The notes under the pieces are model-generated. The model made no database searches. It saw only the letters and a list, made by a program, of their open reading frames with translations, and had not been told where the DNA came from. DNA of 64,000 bases from the human T2T-CHM13v2.0 reference genome, Homo sapiens, in assembly GCF_009914755.1 (NCBI RefSeq), contig NC_060947.1, one strand, 5' to 3'. Within the stretch, counting starts at the first letter, position 1, and each line of letters begins with the position of its first letter. Shown piece by piece: positions 1-18,699 of this stretch. The position numbers and the translations under genes were made by a program.

Positions 1-2365
<2,365 letters not shown>

Positions 2366-2971
2366 TTATTTTTATCATAATTTTGTTATTTTTTTCCATA
2401 TTGATTACATGTTGGAATGATGTGGTTTAAATTACATAGTAATGCCCACCAAAGAGGATATGATGCAGGACTCACCACATCTGTGGAAGGGATGCCTGCT
2501 CTTTCCACACTGTTTTTTTAGTTTGTTTAAACTGAATACTGGGCCATCCTTTGCTTACGGAAGGCCACTAACTAGCTATCGCCACATAACACCATGTGGC
2601 CGGGAACAGCAGTTGGCAGCAGCTAGCTGGGGCTAAAGTACTTCCCAGCCAGTAGTCCCTAATTCTCAGTCTCCTCCTGCCTCCTCAGCTCTTTTCACCC
2701 CTCTAAAACTGATGCTCCAACTGGATCACAAGAAAGGGAGAGAAACAGCAAAGGTGAAGACAGAGCGAAGTCTAGGGTTGCATTCCTAAACATTTTCTCA
2801 GACTCTCAGCTAGGGACCCAACCGTCATGCTTCACCAAAGTGACATATTTCAGGAGCCATCATGCCCCAGTGGAACACTCAATGTAAAATTCCAATTTGA
2901 AAGAACAGCTGAGAACTTTCTTTTTGAAAGTGTAATGCCACACACGCATACCCAGGCCCGAGCTGAAACTA

Positions 2972-3151
<180 letters not shown>

Positions 3152-3225
3152 TTAAAAGACTGCACAGGTTTTACACTATGGTACTTGAAAATATCGACAA
3201 ACATAGGTCTATCTACATTTTGTCA

Positions 3226-3307
3226 AGCATTGGCCAGGGTAAATTCATTTAATTTAATCTGCAGCCAGCATTGCCCAGGGTAAATTCATTTAATTTAATC
3301 TGCAGCC
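3226..3307. repeat. 41-bp direct tandem duplication (2 copies, 1 mismatch)
   Basis: AGCATTG(G/C)CCAGGGTAAATTCATTTAATTTAATCTGCAGCC at 3226-3266 and 3267-3307. Confidence 0.95.
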
Positions 3308-3505
3308 ACCATGTTACGCTGGTGTCAGCATTCTGATTGCTGCTGGGCACACAAAGCAACGTAATTTTATCCACAAAGCTGATAAATCTCATTTAGAAAA
3401 ACACCCAATTCAATATGTAATACATTTAAGATAAGCCTCTGAATTTAGCCCAAAGCATAGAGGAAACTGGGGTGTCTCTTCTCCAGCAGAAACACTGCTA
3501 CTTAC

Positions 3506-3611
3506 GAGGACAGTACAATGGCAACAGCATCATTTAGGACGCTCTCTCCAAAAAGAAGTGCGTAAAGATCCACGTCTGCATGCAATTCATTAAATATCGC
3601 CAGCACAGTCA
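3506..3611 (-). CDS. SLC9A7: SLC9A7 exon 6, 106 bp
   Basis: TTTTCAG| and |GTAAGT; translates (V)[34 protein letters not shown](S), containing the NHE GES..ND motif. Confidence 0.97.
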
Positions 3612-4019
3612 CTGAAAAGTGAGCCGAAAGCACAGAAATTAGTTTTGGTTTCTGACCTTAAATCACTGATTACAGATTTATAGAGGCAATTCCTATCTTG
3701 GGTGGGACTGGGTGATTCAAGAGATAGCAAGGGAGTCAAAGATAGACTTATCTATCTGTGGCAGAAATGAAAACCGCAATCTTCCTTATCTGAAGGAGCT
3801 TTGATATGATGCTTGAGTCTAATGATATTGCACCAAAACACTATGCTTTCCACTGTGATCCCATCACACTTTGAAAGTATCTGTTACAGAACTTCAAAAA
3901 ATAATGACAATCAATGTGATTTGGCTTCACCAGTGGGTTGAAATCTCTTTGATTTCTCTGGCTCAATAGAGCCAAGGTTAAAATAACAAAGTTATTATAA
4001 AAATGATTAATGAGATTTT

Positions 4020-4941
<922 letters not shown>

Positions 4942-5089
4942 TTAGATTTTATAAATTCCATCTTTGTGCCAAGCCTTTGAAACATGGTGTGTGTGTTGCT
5001 TAAAATAATAATGACGGGGGTGGGGGCAGGGGCAATATCGCCCCTGACTGAGAACCACCGATCTAGATACATGCACGAGAGCTGTGTTC

Positions 5090-5445
5090 TCTCTCAACAC
5101 TCATACCCAACTACCCTCTCTCTTGATGGTTTCTACCATACAACTGCAAAAACTAAAAACCCACTTTCCCAGCTTCCCTTGCAGAAAGCATTACCTCTTC
5201 CTGTCAGGAAGAGGGCAGAGAGGCCAGACACCAACGCAGTCATCTTGCCTCCATGGGGCAACTGATGTGTGACTGAAACCCCAGAACAGTGGAGCAGAAA
5301 GACTGAGTGTAGTATTTTTTATGATTGTAGTGGAAGCCGGGACATCAGCCCAGTACTGGTACCCAAGATAAATATCTATTTGTTTAAGCAGGGATTAGCC
5401 AGGTTTTTCTGTTCTTTGCAGCCAAAAGCATTACTAATTGATACA
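5090..5445 (+). mobile_element. Old ERVL/MaLR-type LTR fragment (MLT1/LTR33-like)
   Basis: TTTCCCAGCTTCCCTTGCAG and typical 3' end TTTGTTTAAGC...TTCTGTTCTTTGCAGCCAAAAGCATTACTAATTGATACA. Confidence 0.55.
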
Positions 5446-5704
5446 ATTAGAAAACCAAGCCAAACAAATGTTCAGTTTAGTGAGTTATTATAAGCCAACC
5501 AGTCTTGTAACCACACCCCTGTTCAAGAAATAGAACTTTGTCAGTCCCCTATATGTCCCATCCCAGTCTGAAGCCTCTTCCTTCACTAAAGGGAACCGCT
5601 AAACTAAATTTTATAGTCATCATTTTCTTGCCTTTCCCTATAATTTAATCACACAAATGCACATTCCCTGACACTATCATTTGGTTTTGCCCATTTTTTA
5701 AAAA

Positions 5705-5882
5705 TTTTATTTTTATTTTTATTTCTATATATTTTTTGAGACAGGGTCTTGCTCTGTTGCCCAGGCTGGGGTACAGTGGTGTGATTATAGTTCACTATAG
5801 CCTGGAACTCCTGGGCTTAAGCAATTCCCCCCATCTCAGCCTCCCAAGTAGATGGGACCACAGAAGCATACCACACCTGGCC
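5705..5882 (-). mobile_element. AluJ monomer fragment
   Basis: TTTTGAGACAGGGTCTTGCTCTGTTGCCCAGGCTGG...CACACCTGGCC. Confidence 0.85.
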
Positions 5883-6487
5883 TAAAAGCATAATTAATAA
5901 TAATAACAATAAACACGTACATAGCACTGATCTGTTTCAACTTCTCATTCTCCCTGCTCATTATCTCACAAAACAGGTCAGGAACCGTTCTGTGCCCCTC
6001 CTGAGCAAGTCTGTGCCTGACCACGGGGGTGGGATGTGGGTGCTGACAACTGGAAGACGATGGGATGGGGATGACAGACTGGCTAAGTGGTCTTTAATGG
6101 GAGAGATGAAACAAACTGCCCTCCTCCCTACAGCAGGACCCTTGAAATCAGGGTGAGCAGGGTCACAGCTATTTCCAACTGAACACAGACTGAGAAATCA
6201 CAATTAACTAACTAAAGATCACTGGGTACAGGCAGTGGGAAAAACAAAAGAATGGCAGATATATGAAGAAGGAAAAACTCAAGGACCTAAATGTGTTCAT
6301 TCAACTAACTTTTCTTGGACACATCATCCATGTAGTCAAGGGCACTTAGCACTTGTGAGCACTCAGTACAAAGTGGCAAGCACTGACATGTACAAAACAG
6401 ACCTAACTCAAAGAGCTGAGGGAGCAGATAATGGAGTCTAGAAAGAGTGACTAGGCAGGTGGCACATTTGAACCAAGTCCCAAAGGA

Positions 6488-6632
6488 TGCACTCCAGCCT
6501 GGGCGACAGAGTAAGACTCCATCTCAAAAAAAAAAAAAAAAAAAAAAGAAATTGTTAAGATAGTAAATTTTATGTCAGGCATTTTTACCACAATAAAAAA
6601 TTAATAATAAAAAAGGAAATTGCATGCCCTTC
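6488..6632 (+). repeat. Dispersed local duplicate of 10098-10238 (AluY 3' end, TSD and L1M flank)
   Basis: Both loci share TGCACTCCAGCCTGG..A-tail..AATTGTTAAGATAGTAAATTTTATGTCAGGCATTTTTAC..AAAAAGGAAATTGCATGCCCTTC. Confidence 0.92.
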
Positions 6633-7071
6633 CTGTGAACCATCATGATGTCATTTCCCCAATTTTAATTCATCACCTTTGTACTCCTTGAGTCAATCAG
6701 CCTGACTCACAGGTTTCTATTTTTCTTTTCTTTTTAGACAGGGTCTCTGTCGCCTAGGCTGGAGTGCAGTGGCATGTGTTCTCTGGTGGCTGCCTAGGAA
6801 GGCACCATGGGGTGCAAATGCATTTTTTTTTCTTTAATTGTGGATCCGTCTAAAACAAAAGCCCACAAAGATGGCACATGGCAGCCATGACACATGACCA
6901 CAGAGTGGAGAAGGCTCCCTGTCACAGTGCAGCCTACACTATCCCACATATATTATGTCACCTTTGACCAGAAGACCAAAGACTCATGTCTCAAGCCAAG
7001 TACAGTAATCAGGGACAAGGATTCTTATTCCTTCATATCAGTCAATACCACTCTGTATCCTAACACTATAA

Positions 7072-7311
<240 letters not shown>

Positions 7312-8079
7312 TGATGCACCAGGTACTAGAAGTCAATCTGGTCTTGTGATGCTTAACTCTGCACTTAAGATTTTATCTCTTTTATGACCCAAGTTTTCAA
7401 ACAACAGATTTTTTAGGAGGCTGGTAAAACACTTCTAATTTACAAAAACATTCTACATTTCAGGAATATTTCTATTTAAAAAGCAGTTAAAGTTAATGTC
7501 CTGATGCTTAATAAGTTTAAACTTTCAATTTTCTACAACTTCCATTTCTATAAAGCCCTTACTGTGCCAGTCTTCATAGGCCAAATGAAAATGGAGTAGC
7601 ATGGTAATGCCTTCCATTATTCTCTACCATAGCATAGACACATTAAAGGGAAGTAAACAATTACAAAGATAATCTAGAAAAGTAAGCCTCTCTATCCAAT
7701 TAAATGAAGTAACACTGATAGCTCAGGAAACAATATCAATAATCTTTATGTTAAACTAACTTCCCTTTACTTGTTAGTGGTACTAGTAAGATGTCAGTAA
7801 TAAAATTATAGATGAGTATACTTAGAAACACATTTTCGGACAGACTAAATACCTTTCTCAGACTTATGAAGATCTATTTCTCCACAGACACACATCTGGA
7901 GACAGTCACAGACAGCACAGGATTAAAATAATAAAGCTGATTTTCAGAGTTCTCTTTGGAAACATGCTTGGCTTCAGAGATGATCTGTTATTTGTTTATT
8001 TTTTAAACATAAGGAAAACTGAGAAATCTCTGCCTGAGTCAGATGTGGACACAGACCAGCATAATTTAGACAGGGTACA

Positions 8080-8260
8080 CTCAGTGCCTTACACGTGTTG
8101 TTTCATTTCATCTTCACAATAGCCTTAGGAGATAGGTGCCATCATTTCTACTTTATATATGAGGAAACTGATGTGAGGGGACAATGTGTGCCCAGGCCAC
8201 CCGATCAGTGATTGGTAGGGCTAGAACTAAACCCAAGGCCTGTGACTCCAAATCCCACCT
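8080..8260. mobile_element. MIR fragment
   Basis: MIR core ATGAGGAAACTGA..GTGCCCAGG..GGGCTAGAACTAAACCCAAGG..TGACTCCAAA. Confidence 0.65.
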
Positions 8261-8397
8261 TTTCACAAACCAGAGTGCCTCGACAGCCAAGTCTTCAATA
8301 CTAATTTACTCAGGGTGTTTGTAATAAAATATGAGGGTAAGAGAGGTCAATGTTTTTTTTTTTGAACATTGAGATTCTTCAGAACCACACAACTGTC

Positions 8398-8600
8398 TAG
8401 AGCTATGCTGTTTGATGTGGTAACCATTAGCCACATGTGGCTATATACATTTAAATTACTTAACATTAAATAAAAGTTAAAATCAGTCCCCCTATTGCAT
8501 TACCCTACATTTCAAGTGCTCAAAAGCCACATGTGGCTACTGGTTACCACAATGGACTTGCAGATTATAGAACATCTCTATCTTCACAGAAAGATAGCAC
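8398..8600. mobile_element. MER3/MER33-type hAT-Charlie MITE
   Basis: Two AGCCACATGTGGCTA palindromic motifs, TTTCAAGTGCTCAA and AGAACAT...CACAGAAAG. Confidence 0.75.
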
Positions 8601-9196
8601 TGATGGAGAGGACCCCCAAGGGGCATGGTCAAGTGGGGTATCTTAATATCTTTAAGGTTATTACTGTTCAGAATATTAGAGGGCATTGGAGACATTGAGC
8701 AGACCTTTCTATCTCTACCGTGAGGACAGGAGCAGCTCATTCTCCAGAACTTCTTTCCCTAAGGTGTACTCTCAATAGATGACACTAAGGAAGAGAATAG
8801 CTGTAACTACTTTATGCAAACTGATCAAATTATAGGTTTCAACTTGGAAAGGAGAACTTTTTTGTTTGTTTTGAGCTGCAAGGGAGGGTGTAATAATTCA
8901 CTTGTAAGAATTGGTTCAACCAACACTTGAAAAATACAAGGCAAGGGATTGATGAATAGAAAACCATGTCACAGTGCACAGTCCTGCAGGAATGCCGCAC
9001 AAAAGGAGTTTACAAATTAAATTACATTCACTACAGATAATCATGTGTGTTTCTACTAAGAAAAGGTATTATTTAACCCAAATGCTATGTTACATAAAAG
9101 AAGGCAAAAGGGCAACACTGGGAAAGAAGAAAATCTAAGTGTAAAACTTATGACCAAATTAGTCATTCTAAGACGAAAGGCAAAACATGTTATACA

Positions 9197-9499
9197 GCCG
9201 GGCACGGTGGCTCACGCCTGTAATTCCAGCACTTTGGGAGGCCGAGGTGGGCGGATCACCTGAGGTTGGGAGTTTGAGACCAGACTGACCAACATGGAGA
9301 AACCCTGTCTCTACTAAAAATACAAAAAAATTAGCCGGGCATGGTGGTGCATGCCTATAATCCCAGGTACTCCGGAGGCTGAGGCAGAGGAGGCAGAGGC
9401 GGAGGCAGAGGTTACGGTGAGCCAAGATTGTGCCATTGCACTCCAGCCTGGGCAACAAGAGTGAAACTCCATCTCAAAAACAAAACAAAACAAAAAAAA

Positions 9500-9500
<1 letters not shown>
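9197..9500 (+). mobile_element. AluSp-like
   Basis: Full Alu, TSD AAAACATG(T/C)TATACAG on both sides. Confidence 0.92.
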
Positions 9501-10408
<908 letters not shown>

Positions 10409-10574
10409 CTAAGTCTGTTAGACCCACCTATTGGTCACTTCTTCCACCACCATGCCATGCAAATAAATACTACATTCTCCCTACTGCAACAAAAGTTAAT
10501 GATTGCTCTGAACTTTTAAAGATTTAAATAATGGAATATCATAATAATAAAGACAAATACACAAAGCCAAATAC

Positions 10575-10687
10575 CTGGGTCAGTGGCAGAGATGATTGCT
10601 CCAAAAAAGAGACAATCTGTGTAGTAAAATTTATCTGAGAGCTGTCCCATAATCTTCATGAGCTTCACCACACCATACATGAGATTT
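10575..10687 (-). CDS. SLC9A7: SLC9A7 exon 5, 113 bp
   Basis: CTTCTTACAG| and |GTATTT; translates (G)[37 protein letters not shown](V), with the ion-binding TDPV motif split across the junction. Confidence 0.97.
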
Positions 10688-12079
10688 CTGTAAGAAGGTA
10701 AGGTAAACTATGTCAGGAGAAAAAAATAAGTAACTTAGCAAACACGCAAGCAGAATAGCACTAGAATGCTGCTCTTAGAGATTTATGAAAACAACAGGCA
10801 GCTGCCATGGTTTCACACTTACCAGAGACATTGCCAGCAGGACTTTGGCATCAAGTAATAGTTTGCAGTTAATGTCATCTTGCTGAAATATCTGAACATT
10901 TCATTTTTAAAAGTTGTACTGGCTAACAACTAAAGCAACCATGAAGCACAGTCTTCAATTAGCAACAAAGCTAAGGCATTTGACGCAACTGGGTAATACA
11001 GAGGAAAGGAAGAGACAGAACCTGGCATAATGTTTTTGTAGCAATAAGTTGCTACAAAACTCATAAGACTCTAAGATAATGCATTTAAAGTCAGAGAAAT
11101 CAGTAGACTGGATGCAACTAGAGAGAAAAAAATGGGTTGGTCACAAAGATCCAAAGGATCTTGCCTTCTCTGCCAAGAATTATTTCAAAAAAAGGAAAAA
11201 GAGGCGAATATCTTTAAATGTCCTATTAGAACATCCATATACCCATCAAGATATCTGGGCTTTCACTCTTTGCATGGGTCAGGCAGGCCAGCAATAGCCC
11301 TCCTTATGCTATGTAGACTATGACGTGGGCTAAGAGGGACTACCAAGTTAAATTTTTCAGCTTGGTGGAAGCACATTTCCTACAGGACAGCTTACAAATT
11401 GGGAGGAGTGAGGAGTGTGAAAAGGTCTAGTACATGTTACAAGGGTATCTGTGCGTGCATGTGTGTGTGTGTGTCTGTGTGTGTGCGTGTGGTGGCAGCA
11501 GCAGTGATAGCAGCAGCTGCAGGGGTTAGAGGAGTAAAAATAACCATGGACTTGACTCATTATACCCTACAGCCAATGCTCTAATAATGAGATTCTTGAT
11601 GCCATTGCCCACCTTTGTGTCTCAAATGCTTAGAAGGGTGGACTAGCTAAGCTAGAAGCAAAAGAACTATTCACAGAATGGAATCATTTTGAGAAGAAAC
11701 AGCTATAACTTAATGCTTGCCTATTGTGTGCCAGACACTGTTCTAGACACTTAACCAGCTCAATTTCTTTTCACAGGAATTGTATGTTACAGATTTGATT
11801 TGCCCTTTGTTGCTTATCAAAGGCTTCTTTCATGTACCCTTTAAACATTCCTGGAACAAGACCTTCCTCTCCATTTCCTTCCACCAGTCTGTGACCTAAA
11901 CAATAGACTTCTCCGGCAGCCTTTTCCCCATTTTGCTTCCTATCATCACTAATGCCAGTTATGTAAAGTGTCATTCTTCAATAATATGTATCTCTTAAAG
12001 GATAAGTCAAAGCCCCTCCTTTTTTGATGGCACAAAAGGCCCCTGCTATTATCTCCAGGTTTCTAGCTAATTGTTAAAA

Positions 12080-13330
<1,251 letters not shown>

Positions 13331-13517
13331 TTATTTCATGTAAATTGATCTTAATTTAAATAGCCACACGTGGCTAATAGCTACCATACTGAACGGTGTA
13401 ACTCTTGATCCTGACTGCCATCATCAAAAATATCAAAATACTGGACTCTGTGGACCCAAATGGATCTCATCCCTATGGAACGTGTGTTAATTTGGTTATA
13501 TGACAAAGGTTCACTTA

Positions 13518-13640
<123 letters not shown>

Positions 13641-14323
13641 TCAACAATGAGCTTAAGAAACACATTAAAAGTCTCTAAAAAGTGGAACTCTACTTACTGT
13701 TTCCATTACATCAAGTAACAACTGAAGTTACTCCTATATGGTGTTATTTAACCTTAGACATCATGGTTTTAAGTTATCTTCTATACAGCCAGGTACTGAG
13801 CAAGTAAGCAAGGACTTAGTAAATTTTCAGACAAAACTGCTCTGGATGATTACATTAAATCACATTAAGTGTGTGTATATGTTGTGCGTGTGTGTGTGAG
13901 TAGACCAATCATTTTTACAGATTTAACCCAAACCATTTTACTCAGTGATACAGCACGTCACTTCCAGTTCTGGTGGTACCTCAGAAGATCATCACAGATA
14001 GAAGTTTAAAACAAATAAAGTGTGAAGGTGCTATGTCATGAGCTTTCTGCTTAATTTGATATCAGAAAACAGAGTCCTAAATATCTGCTCATGGAACCTG
14101 AAGCGTCTCCTTATATTCATCTAGATTAATGTCTGAAGCCTGGGAAAGAGGGACAATAGAGATGGATGTGGAGAAATGAGAAACAGATAGTTCCATTTAA
14201 GATGGCCAAGTTTATACAAGAAGAAACACATATCAATATCACAGCTAGAAATTATTCAGAAAGTGGCAAAACTGCAATCCTTTCAATGCTTCTGCACATT
14301 CATTGGTTACCTTAAAAATATAA

Positions 14324-14324
<1 letters not shown>

Positions 14325-14351
<27 letters not shown>
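14325..14351. repeat. (CA)n microsatellite
   Basis: About 13 AC units. Confidence 0.95.
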
Positions 14352-14354
<3 letters not shown>

Positions 14355-15982
14355 TTTACTTGTTTTACCATGTTGTCTTGGAAGGATTTACTTCTTACAA
14401 GTCATTAGGCCTGTGGGATATTTTGACGGAGGAAATTCTGCCTGTTCTTGGGATCCTAAGACACAGTTCTGCCTCCTCAAGGCATAAGCCATTCTCATTT
14501 GACAATCAGAACTATTTAACAAAAACAGACAAAAATCTCCCAACACTCTGATCAAACAAGGGCCAGGAATACTTTACCTAAAATTTTTTTAAAAGGCAGG
14601 AGAGCCCCAGCATGTCAGCTGAGCAACATCAGAAAAAAACAGGGTGCAGGAAGAAGAACCCAGCCTAGATCAGGCAGCTACCATGAAGCATGACCAGACA
14701 AAGGGCTGCAGGCGTCCTCTGGTCTGCATCCCAGACACAGGGCCTTCCCAGTGCTTGCCCCTATCTGAGTCAGTGAAGAAGGTGTTAAGGAATGCCTGCT
14801 GCCCCTAAGCCACCTGCTCAGGAGAGAATCCTTCAAGGGCTTGCCATGCTGACAGGCACCGAATGAGGGTGCTGCCTGTACATAAGATGGACACATTATG
14901 TTTGCCTCTTAAATAACCGCCTTTTTGTTTTTAATCGAATGCATTTATACACCAATGTTTTGAGAAAATATATATTTCCAAAAAATCAACAGCTGTGAGT
15001 CTGCTTCCCTTTAAAATCTCCATAAAGGGCTTCAATCAGGGAGGGCTAGGAGTGTACCAAGAACAAGGCATGAGATGAATGAACTTGTGAGGTATCCAAG
15101 AACAAATTTCAATCCCAGATGTGCTTTTCCTTGCCACTCAGCTTTCCTTTGGGTAGATATTCCCATGGTAACTCTGAATATAAATTAGATAAATACATAT
15201 TCATGACATTAGCCAAAGCAAAAAAATTAGGAATGTAAATCTGCAGCCAAAAATACTTTCATAATATATTCTAAAATCACACACACACTATTACCCATCT
15301 CCCGTTCATATCTGCTGATGTGAGCTGAAACTTAACTGTATTTTGAAAAGCTATACTACCTATTTGTGTATTATGTCTAGTACTTAAACGTATACTTCAT
15401 AGTTCACAAAGTGTTTTCACATATATTAGCCCATCCAATTCTCACAATGATCTATCTGGAAGGTGTTATTTGGACCATCATATACGAGAGAACCCAAGGC
15501 TCAAAGGCATGATGTAAGCTGTTTCAAGTCACACGTCCGCCAAACCAAGCCACAGACTGGAAAGCTGGTCTCCTGACCCCAAAGCATCATGCTCTCACTG
15601 CGCAAGCTGCCCTGCTACCCAGCTCTTCGATTCCCACTTCTCTTTGGGAAAGAAAGGACAGGAGGTGTCCGGTAAAATCCTAGATCTTTCATCCCACCCT
15701 TATTTGGTTACAATACAGCCATGACTAGTTCAGAATCTCCCTTACTTTTCCTCCTCAATTATAAAATGACAAGAAGAGACAAAAGGAGATGATGGCATGC
15801 CCTGGCAAAGTCTTCAAAAATATAAGCCCAAGACAGGCCAGGATGAGAAGTTTTGCTTTGGTGAAAATCTACCTGATATCCCAATTCCTAGCTGTACCAT
15901 TCTAAGCCTCACACTGCTACTCCTTGGGAAATCCTATCCCCTCCCATTCCTCACTGGCAAGTTTTAACATGTTATTGTATAT

Positions 15983-16028
15983 GTGTGTGTGAGTGAGGGA
16001 GAGAGAGAGAGAAAGAGAGAGAGAGTGA

Positions 16029-16098
<70 letters not shown>
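15983..16098. repeat. Compound (GA)n/(GT)34 microsatellite
   Basis: GA-rich run ~15999-16025 followed by uninterrupted GT at 16031-16098. Confidence 0.97.
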
Positions 16099-16101
<3 letters not shown>

Positions 16102-16444
16102 GTGGGGGAGTCCACCAATAACGGCTTCTATGGGTGAATTATTTCCCTGCCAAGGCCCTCTAAGCAAACCATGAGTGGTAGCACAAAATCAAAGCTAAAT
16201 CCAATGAGAACTTTTTCAAGTCAGAAAGCCCAGGTCTGCATGATAGCTATATGATGTGAATAGGCCAGAGGGTCTGAATGTTATACCATCCGTTAAATGG
16301 TGAAGTATTTATTACACATTTCACTGACAACAGGTTTCATCAGAGATGGCAACCATATTAAGGACCAACTATTTAGGTGCTTTTATAGGGACAATTTAAA
16401 AAGGAAAGAGACTAAACTAATAGTTCATAACCTGAAAGACTAGC

Positions 16445-17417
16445 TGTGATATTATGATGTGTATGTACTGATTTTCATCTACAATTCCTGGCTCATAAAC
16501 TCCCATAGCTCTTGTTACAGTCTTTTGTTGTAATGCTGGGCACTTTAGGCCTCAGAAGCAGGTAGCAAAAAAATAGAATCCCTCTGACCTTCTCTTGCCC
16601 TCCTTTCATCTGCTCCTTTTTTGTCCCAAGGCAGGGCATAGAAACTAAAAATATACTCTAATTTTCTCCTGCCTTTTTGAAGTAGGTCATAAGACCCTCA
16701 TTTCAGAAGGGATCCTGCCCCACACTGGGGAGGAAGGAATGCCACACAGAGAGGCCAAGAAGAATCTGAACACACAGGCCTTGCTGGGTTTCCCCACTCA
16801 GTCTATCAGCATTACATCACATCCCTTTTGTCCAATCACTTTTCTACATGGTTGTCAATCACGCCTATGCAATGAAACCTCTGTAAAAGGTTCAAAAGGA
16901 TGGGGTTCCGAGAGCTTCCAAACAGCTGAATACATGGAGGTTCCTGGACGGTGGTGTCCCGGGAGGGCATGGAAGTTCCGTGCCCCTTTCTCCACACCTT
17001 GCCTTATGCATCTCTTCATCTGTATCCTTTGTAATATCTTTTATAATAAACTGGTAAATATGAGTGTTTCCCTGAGTTCTGTGAGCCACTATAGCAATGT
17101 AATGAAACTCAAAGAGGGGGTCGTGGGAACCCCAACTTGAAGCCAGGCAGTCAGAAGTCCCAGACTTGTGACAGGTGTCTGAGGTGGGGCGGGGGGGCAG
17201 TATTGCGGGACTGAGCCTTCCGTGGGATCTGGCATTATCTCCAGGTAGATAGTGTCAGAACTGATCTGGAGGACACTCAGCTGGTGTCCGCTGCAGAATT
17301 CATTGCTTGTTTGCTGGTGGGGAGAAATCCCTCCCACATTTAATCACAGAAGTCTTCTGTGTTGTTACTGTAGTGTGAGAGCAGAGAAAAACCAATTTGT
17401 GAGTTTTTTCCCACTCA
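16445..17417 (+). mobile_element. MER21-family solo LTR
   Basis: TGTGATATTATG..TTCCTGGCTCATAA start, internal GCTGAATACATGGAGGTTCCTGG, TATAATAAAC polyA signal, GTCGTGGGAACCCC, and CA end. Confidence 0.82.
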
Positions 17418-18699
17418 GGCTAGCATCTCAAAAACAAATTGATTGGGAACTGGCAAAGCCTGTGAGGTGTTTTTCTTTTGAGAAAATGGTGCTGATAAAG
17501 GGAAGGTTCTGCAAAAACTAAAATGTCTTTCAACCATCATAGTGGCTTTCACAACCCATGATTTGGTTTCATTTTAAAACAACTATAACTGATTATACAT
17601 TAAGATTAGTTATGTAAAATATCAAATTACTCATCACCCATTTGATCTGAAGAAGAGTTCCCAAATTCTCCACTTACGTAAAAAATAACGTTATTTATAC
17701 CCATAATAACCATCTCCTATCTACTACATGTCAATAGATGACATACAAATTCGGATGACCCTGGCAACCCCAGAGTAGTCAGGAAAACAATATAGTCTTT
17801 TTTGTACAGAAAACCTAAATCCAGAGGCAATAAGGCACAAAAGAACAACTCTGGGCCCTGGAGTCAGACAGAGAGGGTATCACCTTGACTCAGTCCCGCG
17901 TTATCTACGTAACCTCATATGCATCATTAATCATTCTGAGCTGAGATTCATCATCAGTAAAACACAGGACACTCTACATGTGAGTACACAAATGCACTGG
18001 GCTGGCGTGCAGAAACACACAGCCTCCGTTCCTCAAGCACCTATTATGCAGACAGAACTTATGTTCCATTCCTCTCCCCCTTCCCCTCCTGCCCTGAAGG
18101 TTATGCAGTAAGGAGGGGTCACTTGATCTCTGAAAGAGGAAGTGAGTTTGACCCTGACTTGTAGTCTTGACCCTGTTGTGCAAGGTGGGGAATTGTTCTT
18201 GCTCCTCTAGCCTCCATGCTATGAGCGAAAGAGGCAGCTTTGCGCAGGCCCAACAATTTCTAGGATCTCTCCATTTCAGCCTCCTTAGGTGTAACTGTGA
18301 CTGACCTGGTGGCTAAAGGGTACCTGTCCTCAATTCATGAGGTAGGTTGTAAGCAGCCCCATTACTAAAGGCTAAGTGACATACTCCAACATGCATTTAC
18401 CAGGGACTTAGGATCATAAATCAATCATTTAATCACAAGTTAACTCCTTGTATCTGTTTATCGATGAGTTGGAAACCTGGAGGAGAAGCAGTGTGAACTA
18501 ATCTTCAATCACCATCACCTTCTTACAGAGTTTCTGTGAAGATTAGAAAGAATGGATGTAAAAACAGAAATAAAGAATATCCGTTCCTAATACACAGCAA
18601 ATGCTCTGTAAACTATATTTATGTTGGCTGGAAATTGTTTAAAAATCATCTGAAAAGTGCAGAGTGGCTTTGATAGAAAACCCAGCCTGATGGGCCGGC

